Shown in pieces: positions 18,241-25,423 of a stretch of DNA of 64,000 nucleotides. The DNA is taken from positions 1-64,000 of the IMG/VR virus record IMGVR_UViG_2061766007_000075. One strand, 5' to 3'. The first letter of the stretch is position 1. The number at the start of each line of letters is the position of its first letter. Under the pieces are notes generated by a model. That model saw only the letters and a program-made list of their open reading frames with translations. It was not told the DNA's origin and ran no database searches. This DNA comes from an uncultured virus (IMG/VR IMGVR_UViG_2061766007_000075) (taxonomy: Duplodnaviria > Heunggongvirae > Uroviricota > Caudoviricetes). The translations under genes and the position numbers were made by a program.

Positions 18241-18540
18241 CTATATTTCAAACATGTCTACTATCATCCGTTCAAACTGCTCCCAAGTCTTCACCGCTCT
18301 CCGGTTGAATTCGGCAAGAATCTGGTCGGTCCTAAATACTTGCTCGCATGCGTAATACTCGCTCGGATAGCTGACCACTAACTCGCGCACCTCGTCCGTC
18401 TCCCAGTTGAAATCCGCATCGCAGAAATTCTCCCACATCCCAATCTTACGCTTCCGTACCTCGGCATGGAATCGCTTGCCGTACTTCGCGGCTATCTCGT
18501 TGACGGCCTTCGCAAAGACCTTGCTCACCTTGACTTTCAT
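18241..18540 (-). CDS. Hypothetical protein
   Basis: Operon ORF. Confidence 0.7.
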   Translation of the reverse strand: MKVKVSKVFAKAVNEIAAKYGKRFHAEVRKRKIGMWENFCDADFNWETDEVRELVVSYPSEYYACEQVFRTDQILAEFNRRAVKTWEQFERMIVDMFEI

Positions 18541-18740
18541 ATTATCGCCTCCTCAATCCATTTCGTTTCGTCATAGCCCATAGCAAGGCGCATCATGTCG
18601 CGTCCGCGCATCTCGCCCAATGACGCGAATACCTCCGCGTCGTCGCGGTCAATCATTACTCGCTCGCCCTCGTGGTTCGCTAATACTTTGCAGATTCCGG
18701 CAACCTTGGCCCAAAAATGCGGATTGTTGTAGTTGTTCAT
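18537..18740 (-). CDS. Hypothetical protein
   Basis: Coupled ORF. Confidence 0.65.
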   Translation of the reverse strand: MNNYNNPHFWAKVAGICKVLANHEGERVMIDRDDAEVFASLGEMRGRDMMRLAMGYDETKWIEEAII

Positions 18741-18744
18741 TGCT

Positions 18745-18948
18745 TTATCTCGTTATGATTGTGTTGTTATTCGCCCATACCCTCGCAAGCTGTTCGTCCA
18801 TGGCGCAATACTCCCGCCAATACTCCAAAAGAGTCGCCTTCGGCATGATGCCAAGCCACTCCCACGCGCCAAATTTCTCGCGCTTGAATCGTTCGCAATA
18901 ATACAGGGCCTCCTGTAGTTCGGCCTTTTTCATCTTGTTCGCCTTCAT
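18745..18948 (-). CDS. Hypothetical protein
   Basis: Start reassigned to MKANKMKK after an A-rich leader. Confidence 0.6.
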   Translation of the reverse strand: MKANKMKKAELQEALYYCERFKREKFGAWEWLGIMPKATLLEYWREYCAMDEQLARVWANNNTIITR

Positions 18949-19014
18949 CGTTTTATAACTTTTATGTTTCGTTTGCTGATCCTCGGACGCAACTAAGTTG
19001 TTACACCCGTTCCA

Positions 19015-19051
19015 TTGCGGACGCGCAGGGAATCGAACCCCGCTCGTCCAA
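19015..19051 (-). ncRNA. tRNA-like T-loop minihelix
   Basis: Minus strand GGACG-A-GCGGGG-TTCGATT-CCCTGC-G-CGTCC. Confidence 0.6.
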
Positions 19052-19550
19052 GCCGTTCGCGTCAATATTTCTTTTGCCCGTCTACCATAGACAGTTTTTA
19101 ACGCCATAGCCACATGCCAATCGTGTGCGCAGGTTATTCGCCCGCACACACTATCTATTTCATTGCCGAGGCCGACCCGTTCGCATCATGGCGTCGCTCT
19201 ATCGCTCCGCGAACATCGTTTTGCCTTACTCCCGAACAACTTCAACGGGTTTACCCATAGCAGTGGACTTGCTATCGTCCACGCACAAGCCACCCACATG
19301 CCCCCTCAATCATTCAATTACATGCAGTTTACCCTGAGGCGTACTGGCTCCCGCTTGTTGTTTTTCATGTCGGCCAGGTTGTCTTTGCTGGCCTCGATGG
19401 GTGCTCACTCGCCGCCTGCCCCCGTTCGGGGGTGGTTCGGGTCGCTTACATTGTTACCCTGTCCCAGAAGCGCGCTTTATTATAGTGTGCGGCTGGGTGC
19501 ACACTCCACAAGTTTACAAGCCGTAACAAGTAAACAGGCGTATTTTTGTA

Positions 19551-19600
19551 GGCAGGCGGGCAGGAATCGAACCTGCACACAAGCGCACCAGCGCGCCCGC
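19551..19600 (-). ncRNA. Truncated tRNA-like element (acceptor stem, small hairpin, T-arm)
   Basis: Minus strand GCGGGCG...GCAGG-TTCGATT-CCTGC-C-CGCCTGC. Confidence 0.6.
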
Positions 19601-19618
19601 AGGGGCTTGTTTAGTCCC

Positions 19619-20092
19619 TTATTTGTCACCCTTTGCGGGGACGGGGTCACCTATCGCGTGACGGGTCACGCCCCCCCTGTTCACAAAGTTACGCAGGGCA
19701 ACACGCAGGACGGAGGCCGCACAAGCCGCGCCCCTTAAGACCTTTTCTTTGTAGACCTTTTTCCCTTGTTCATTCTTGCCCACGATAAGCAGGACCCCGT
19801 CAGGCGTCTGGATAGGATAACACGCGCACGCGATATTATACGGGGTTTTGTAAATACTTTTTGCAAGACTTGCAATGTCGCGGGCGTTTTTGTCACCTTT
19901 GCAAAGGACATTAAAACCCTGTTCAATCCATGACAGGTAATTAGCCAGGGCCGCCTGTGTACTTTTGTTTGTTTCTACTCTTGCGGTCCTTTCGTCCTTT
20001 TTTGTGTCGAAAGTCCTAAAGCCGCGGGTAATTTTTCCGTCTACCTTTTTGGTTTCAAATAGGCTTACATTCTTTTTAACATTCTTTTTCAT
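19619..20092 (-). CDS. Basic hypothetical protein, first gene of the leftward arm
   Basis: 157-aa K/R-rich ORF after a promoter. Confidence 0.75.
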   Translation of the reverse strand: MKKNVKKNVSLFETKKVDGKITRGFRTFDTKKDERTARVETNKSTQAALANYLSWIEQGFNVLCKGDKNARDIASLAKSIYKTPYNIACACYPIQTPDGVLLIVGKNEQGKKVYKEKVLRGAACAASVLRVALRNFVNRGGVTRHAIGDPVPAKGDK

Positions 20093-20152
20093 AATACATA
20101 AAATTTAAATGGTTAATATTTCAACGTGGGTTATATCATCATAACCACAGTG

Positions 20153-20184
20153 CAAAATTACATACTATCTGCGTACGTGTCAAT
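20153..20184 (-). promoter_or_regulatory. Leftward early promoter
   Basis: Minus strand ATTG-N20-TAATTTTG. Confidence 0.6.
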
Positions 20185-20662
20185 ACCTTTTTTCAATAAA
20201 TTTTTATCGATGTCGATAAAAACTAACAATTTGTAACACAAAACCTTAAATTTGATTACAATCTGTAAAAACTTTCGAACAAAAAATATCAATCTGTAAA
20301 AACTTTCCGACAAAGTGCTTACAATTTGTTAAGTGCTTGATTTTCAACGCTTTACAAAGTGCCCATATTTATATATAATAAGGTATCGCGCGCGCGAAAG
20401 TATGTAACAGAAATGTTTCATGCAGTGCCCCGCGAAGGGGCGCGATTGTGCCAAAATATGGCACATTATCGAAAAACGATAATTTGGGGTGGGCTTCAAT
20501 TTCCCGTACTATTTAAACGTCCGTCTATTTATTGCAACCTTTTGAGCCTCAAAGGGTAGCGGGGTATTTTGGCCGACCTAATGTGGAAGCACTGTGGTTA
20601 GATTCTGAAATTTTTTTACTGCATTTTCTCGCGTGCGCGCGTGTATAAGTGCTACTATTTGT

Positions 20663-21014
20663 ATATCACGAGGAGACATGAAAAAATGTAGGTCGATGTA
20701 CCCTTACCACCAATTCTGTACTAACTACACCGAAACTACACCTATCTAATATATTATTTATTAATACTTTACATTATTTAGTGTAGTAATGTAGTTAAGT
20801 AATAAATAAAACAGTATGTAAGATATGGAGAAAAAACGGTATATATCAACGGGAACAAAAAAGTAATATATAGGAAAAAAACTACACTGAACTACACTAA
20901 ACTACATGGAATAGGGGTTAAGTGTTTGACTTTCAGCGAGATGTAGCGATGTAGTTTGCGATGTAGTCGTCTACACAAACTACACTGAACTACACTGACC
21001 GCTCCTCGTGATGT
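20663..21014. repeat. Iteron-like (A)CTACAC/TGTAG repeat array bracketed by an inverted repeat; probable replication origin
   Basis: More than 10 CTACA/TGTAG units in both orientations around AT-rich tracts; ATCACGAGGAG (20665-20675) / CTCCTCGTGAT (21002-21012). Confidence 0.7.
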
Positions 21015-21137
21015 AAAAAAATGGTGTTTTTCTTGCGTAAGTCAAAAATATGTATTTTCTTTGTGGTCGAGAAATGCGGGGATTTAGGTGTTATGAAGAA
21101 GATGATATAGTATTATGAAGAAGCATATTTAGGTGTT

Positions 21138-21707
21138 ATGAAGAAATACAGTTTTTTGGACAAGTTCCGTTTGACCGACCGCTTCAAGGAAGGGAAGGTC
21201 AGTTTGATTTTTGACAATATCATTGACGCTGACGGCAAGGACTCTGTCACCGAGGACGGTAGGTACTATGAGTTCAGTGACGGTGAACGCATCCATACCA
21301 AGTGGGCTGTCGGCGACAGTGTTGTGGTGATGTCGAGCTACCGTGACGAGGGATTGGACGAGCGCATCTTCGGCAACTCCCAAGGATGGATGCGGAAGCA
21401 GTGCGCCAATCCGAAGTATATGCTCAATCACTTCGTGGTCGACCGCGTGCGTTGCGTGCGCGTGTGCGATATTACTGAGGAGGAGTTCTTGCGGATGGGC
21501 GTGACGAAGACGGCGAACGGGCTGTACCATCTCGGCGGCGAATGCGGAGGGTTCGAGCAAGACTACCGCGAACTGCTGAAGCGGTACTTCGATAAGGTGT
21601 CGAAAGTGCCGTTCGCGATGAACCCGTGGGTTGTGCTGTACGACATCACTCCGTGCGTGGCGGTGCGAATAGAGGAAGCGAGGTATCTTAAGGAGATTGA
21701 GGAGTAG
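21138..21707 (+). CDS. ASCH/PUA-like domain protein
   Basis: VRCVRVCDITEEEFLRMGV...NPWVVLY pattern. Confidence 0.6.
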   Translation: MKKYSFLDKFRLTDRFKEGKVSLIFDNIIDADGKDSVTEDGRYYEFSDGERIHTKWAVGDSVVVMSSYRDEGLDERIFGNSQGWMRKQCANPKYMLNHFVVDRVRCVRVCDITEEEFLRMGVTKTANGLYHLGGECGGFEQDYRELLKRYFDKVSKVPFAMNPWVVLYDITPCVAVRIEEARYLKEIEE

Positions 21708-21710
21708 AGA

Positions 21711-22187
21711 GTGGCACGTAGTTTGCAAGGGAGCGCGAGTATGAACGAAAGGAAGGTCATAGGAGTTGGTGGCGGTCGGTACAGCGTCGACTGCGAAGGA
21801 GTGGTATGGCGCGACGGTCTGCCGTTGAAGGCGATCGGCGGTGTCGGCGTGAATATAGAGGGGAAGCGCGTGAATATCGCGTACCTTGTCGCGAGGGCGT
21901 GGGTGGCCAACCCGAGAGCGTGCAAATGGGTGCGTCACCGCAACGGCGATGTGACCGACAACCGCGCGGCTAACCTTGAGTGGTGTGACGAGAAGGAGGA
22001 GAGGCGGAGAGGACCGAAGCCCATTGAGAGGTGGTGCGGTGCATGGGATGCCGAGGGCGAGTGCGTCGGTATGTGGCGGAATGTGTCGGAGGCGTCGATG
22101 GAGACGTGGGTCGGACCTCGCGCCGTGCGCGATGCGTGCAACGGTCGGCAGAAGACCGCGGGCGGCTTGGTGTGGCGGTGGTGCTGA
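21711..22187 (+). CDS. HNH endonuclease with C-terminal NUMOD1-like domain
   Basis: LVARAWVANP...VRHRNGDVTDNRAANLEWC; SEAS...TAGGLVWR; true start may be ATG 21741. Confidence 0.8.
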   Translation: MARSLQGSASMNERKVIGVGGGRYSVDCEGVVWRDGLPLKAIGGVGVNIEGKRVNIAYLVARAWVANPRACKWVRHRNGDVTDNRAANLEWCDEKEERRRGPKPIERWCGAWDAEGECVGMWRNVSEASMETWVGPRAVRDACNGRQKTAGGLVWRWC

Positions 22188-22232
22188 GAGAAAGGTGGTT
22201 GATTTAAGTAAAACCTTAAGTAAATAGTAGTT

Positions 22233-22472
22233 ATGATGAAAATTTTTGAAAAGGTGTTCTATCTGAACACGGCGACTTGGAATGTCGAAGAAGGTAAGAT
22301 CGTGAAGATAACGATTATGCCGAGCGGAGTCCATAAGGACGAGAAAGGCGAGGATGTGCTCGACGGAGAACTCGTGTTCTACGAACTTGAGAACAGAATC
22401 GTCCTCACCGAGAAGGAAGCGTTCTCGACGAAGGCCGAGGTGAAGGCGCAGATGCTTCGCGTGGCGAAGTAG
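22233..22472 (+). CDS. Hypothetical protein
   Basis: 79-aa ORF. Confidence 0.7.
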   Translation: MMKIFEKVFYLNTATWNVEEGKIVKITIMPSGVHKDEKGEDVLDGELVFYELENRIVLTEKEAFSTKAEVKAQMLRVAK

Positions 22473-22485
22473 GCGCGAAGGGATT

Positions 22486-22604
22486 AGTGGAGTAGCTCAG
22501 CGGTAGAGCATTGGCAAGGAGCGAGTATCGGCATACGCGTTACAACCGAGTAAGGTCTCGCTTGATAAGTCCAAGGGGCGGAGGTCCGAATCCTCCCTCC
22601 GCTA
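22486..22604 (+). ncRNA. tRNA-like RNA with greatly extended anticodon arm
   Basis: Acceptor AGTGGAG/CTCCGCT; D-arm GCTC-AGCGGTA-GAGC; stem TTGG/CCAA enclosing 56 nt; T-arm GGAGG-TCCGAAT-CCTCC; no encoded CCA. Confidence 0.8.
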
Positions 22605-22630
22605 CGAAAAAGTTTAATGGGTACAAAATT

Positions 22631-23791
22631 ATGGGAAAAATCGTATTGAGCAACCGTGTGGCTCAAGACCAATACACGGATTATGTAAGAGACGCCTTCG
22701 ACCTTTCGGTCGGCGATGTATGCACTGTGGAGATACCGATGAATTTCGACCTCGAGCATATGGGCGATTGGAACATCGGCCTTCTCGTGGGGGCGAGCGG
22801 TAGCGGGAAATCGCAGATACTGAACCGCCTCGGAGGAAGTATGGCCGCGCAGTTCGATAATAGCAAGACACTGATATCGAATTTCGACAACATGTCGCCG
22901 ACAGATGCGGCGGAGTGCTTGTGTGCTATGGGTCTGAGCAGTGTTCCCTCGTGGTTGCGTCCTTACGGAGTGCTGAGCAACGGCGAGAAGTACCGTGCGG
23001 AGTTGGCGTGGATAGTGGCGCACGCGAAGGAAGGTGAGATAGTAAGGATGGACGAGTACACGAGCGTGGTGGATAGGAATGTGGCGAAGAGTATGTCGAA
23101 TGCGTTGCAGAAGTATGTGCGGAGGAGGGGGCTGAAGGTGCTGTTGGCGAGTTGTCACTATGACATCATCGAGTGGTTGCAGCCCGATTGGGTGTATGAC
23201 TTAGACAAGGGAGGCGTACTCGAGAGAGGCGACTGTCTTCGGCAAGGGCGACCGCCTATTTCGCTACGGGTGTATCGTACCGAGCCTGATACTTGGCGCA
23301 TCTTCGCGAAGCATCACTATATAACCGCCGATATGAATATGGGCGCAAGCTGTTACTGCTTCGAATGGGATGGCAAGACCGTCGGGTTCTGCTCGGTGTT
23401 GGCGAACCCAGGCAAGGGTCTCGAGAATGCTTGGCGGATATCACGATTGGTGGTTTTGCCTGATTTCCAAGGATTAGGTCTTGGGAGGCATATCGCGGAG
23501 TTCATCTCTAGTATTTACGCGAACGAGGGGTATCGGATGTATATAAAGACGGTCAATCCGAGGCTTGGTGAGTATTTCAAGCGGAGTCCGCTATGGGAAC
23601 CGACGGGGTATAACGGTCGCGTCCGTGGTATCAGCGAATCGGATGCTGAGCGATACGCGAACCGTCTGACGAGGGCGTCTTATTGCTATAAGTATGTTGG
23701 TGACAAGGTGTCTGGGTTTGAAGACTTGACTCTGCCGATAGAGAAGATGCGCAAGGCGAAATCTTTGGAGGGGCAATTAAGTTTGTTTTAG
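22631..23791 (+). CDS. ABC-type ATPase fused to GNAT acyltransferase (Mom-like modification enzyme candidate)
   Basis: Walker A GASGSGKS, signature LSNGEKYR, Walker B MDE, H-loop SCH; GNAT RLVVLPDFQGLGLG; start reassigned to ATG 22631. Confidence 0.85.
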   Translation: MGKIVLSNRVAQDQYTDYVRDAFDLSVGDVCTVEIPMNFDLEHMGDWNIGLLVGASGSGKSQILNRLGGSMAAQFDNSKTLISNFDNMSPTDAAECLCAMGLSSVPSWLRPYGVLSNGEKYRAELAWIVAHAKEGEIVRMDEYTSVVDRNVAKSMSNALQKYVRRRGLKVLLASCHYDIIEWLQPDWVYDLDKGGVLERGDCLRQGRPPISLRVYRTEPDTWRIFAKHHYITADMNMGASCYCFEWDGKTVGFCSVLANPGKGLENAWRISRLVVLPDFQGLGLGRHIAEFISSIYANEGYRMYIKTVNPRLGEYFKRSPLWEPTGYNGRVRGISESDAERYANRLTRASYCYKYVGDKVSGFEDLTLPIEKMRKAKSLEGQLSLF

Positions 23792-23812
23792 AGAAGAATT
23801 TAGTTATATTTG
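23782..23812 (+). promoter_or_regulatory. Bacteroidetes sigma-A type promoter
   Basis: TTTG-N19-TATATTTG. Confidence 0.75.
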
Positions 23813-23816
23813 CATT

Positions 23817-23912
23817 TCCGCGCTTAATGGGTACGGCGCAAGGAGAAGAATCGGGACAGAGCAGTCAGGGAGTACCCACCCTCTTCGGAGGCGCCTGACT
23901 GTTCTGTCTTTT
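23817..23912 (+). ncRNA. Structured leader RNA (two hairpins, possible pseudoknot, U-tract)
   Basis: 15-bp stem 23855-23869/23894-23908 followed by TTTT; inner cUUCGg hairpin; loop TGGGTAC complementary to GTACCCA. Confidence 0.65.
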
Positions 23913-23934
23913 GTACTGAAAAACCGCAAGTTCA

Positions 23935-25410
23935 GTGAAGTACGATAAGATAGTAGATTATTTATGTTCGACAGCGGGGGCGTCCTTCCCTTCTGCGGGC
24001 TTGTCGGATGACCGCATCAACAAGCGTTCAGAGGCGGGCATTGCGATTGCGATGCGCCGTTATGTCTGCGGCATGGACGGGGACGAGGGTAACGACTTCT
24101 TCAAGGCGGACGAGGACGGTCAGATGTATATCTTCAACGGATGTTACTTCGAGATACTGTCCGAGGAGACCTTCCGCGAGATTATCTGTCGTGTCTTGGA
24201 GCGGATGGATGTGGGTATCGTTTATCAGACGGGGTCGGTGAATATCATCAAGGACTACTGTATGAACCGTCTCGTCGGTGACGAGCGGTGTCGGTGGGTA
24301 CCTGACCGCAGGTACATCTGTTTTCAGAACGGGGTGTTCGACCTCGTGGATATGAAACTCCACGACTTTGATGTGAAGTACAAGACGGATATCGTGTTGG
24401 ATTTCGATTTCGTCGACGGTGCTCGATCAGCGCTTTGGGACAATGTCTTGGGCAGGACGGTACCTGACGAGACGATGCGCGAGACTTTCCATCAGTATTG
24501 CGGTTGTTTTTTGGCGAAGCGGAGCGAGTACAAGATCGAGTACATCTGCTTCGTTGTCGGTGAGGGTCAGAACGGCAAGAGTATTATCTGCAAGGCCGTG
24601 GTGAATATGTTGGGGCACGCTGTGGCGAGCAGCTATAGCCCCGAGCAGTTGTTTAAGAGCAGTCAGATGGAGTATCACTTGGCCGACGTGAACGGCAAGA
24701 TTGTGAATTACTGCGATGAAGTGAGCAACAAGGACTTCAGCGGTGGGGATTTCAAGCAGTTCGTGAGCGGCGGAGCGTTCACGGGGCGTCATCCGTACTC
24801 GAAGAGGCCGACGAAGGTCGACAAGATACCGCTTATGCTCTGTTGTGCGAACAAAATTCCGCCTACCACGGACGATACCGAGGGCTATTTTAGGAGATTT
24901 TTGGTCATTTTAGCCCCGAATCACATCGACGATAGGGACAAGGACCCTATGTTGGAGATGAAGTTGCAGGCTCCCGATGTGAAGGCGGCGATATTCAACT
25001 GGGTTCTCGAGGGATATAAGGCATTTATTGCGAATGACGGGAAGATTGACATTTCGGGCTCCGTGAAGGAGGTTGTCGAGGAGATGAAGGCGAACGCGAA
25101 CTCGCTGAGGCGGTGGATTGACACGATGGGGTATGTTGCGGCGCAGCCCGAGTCGGCGCATGCGAGCGGATGGAAGTCTTTGAAGGAGTGGGTGCAAGAG
25201 TATATCCACTACTGTCAAGACTGGGGCGAGACGCCTCGTAGCCGCAGTGCCGTGACGGAACAGTTCAAGAAGATGGGCGCGGTATCGGCGAGAAGGAGCG
25301 ATGGGATATGGTATTATTTGGAGGTGAAGCCGCTTGCGGCGGAGAAGGCAGAAGAAGGAGAGGAGAGGATTGGGTTTAACGCGAGTTTGGAAGACGATTT
25401 ACCGTTTTGA
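23935..25410 (+). CDS. SF3 helicase (D5-like / P4 primase C-terminal family)
   Basis: FQNGVFDL (D5_N), Walker A GEGQNGKS, Walker B YCDE, CANKIP, GYFRRF. Confidence 0.9.
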   Translation: MKYDKIVDYLCSTAGASFPSAGLSDDRINKRSEAGIAIAMRRYVCGMDGDEGNDFFKADEDGQMYIFNGCYFEILSEETFREIICRVLERMDVGIVYQTGSVNIIKDYCMNRLVGDERCRWVPDRRYICFQNGVFDLVDMKLHDFDVKYKTDIVLDFDFVDGARSALWDNVLGRTVPDETMRETFHQYCGCFLAKRSEYKIEYICFVVGEGQNGKSIICKAVVNMLGHAVASSYSPEQLFKSSQMEYHLADVNGKIVNYCDEVSNKDFSGGDFKQFVSGGAFTGRHPYSKRPTKVDKIPLMLCCANKIPPTTDDTEGYFRRFLVILAPNHIDDRDKDPMLEMKLQAPDVKAAIFNWVLEGYKAFIANDGKIDISGSVKEVVEEMKANANSLRRWIDTMGYVAAQPESAHASGWKSLKEWVQEYIHYCQDWGETPRSRSAVTEQFKKMGAVSARRSDGIWYYLEVKPLAAEKAEEGEERIGFNASLEDDLPF

Positions 25411-25423
25411 TAGTCAATGAGTT

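Noticed and set aside
19163..19738. 191-aa + strand ORF in the early leader
   Set aside because: Opposite to the operon strand, atypical composition, overlaps structured RNA elements
20663..21014. CRISPR array
   Set aside because: Repeats are only 5-10 nt, occur in both orientations and have no unique spacers; no cas genes seen
21129..22334. 401-aa minus-strand ORF (likewise 27473-28408, 41643-42788 and 44658-45560 on the minus strand)
   Set aside because: Antisense shadows of recognisable + strand genes with no motifs of their own
22486..22604. Canonical tRNA, tmRNA or group I intron-containing tRNA
   Set aside because: No 7-nt anticodon loop; a D-stem is present and there is no tag ORF; the insert is far too short for a self-splicing intron
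22511..22630. N-terminal extension of the ABC-GNAT ORF given in the track
   Set aside because: The TTG start lies inside the tRNA-like RNA; ATG 22631 has the typical A-rich context
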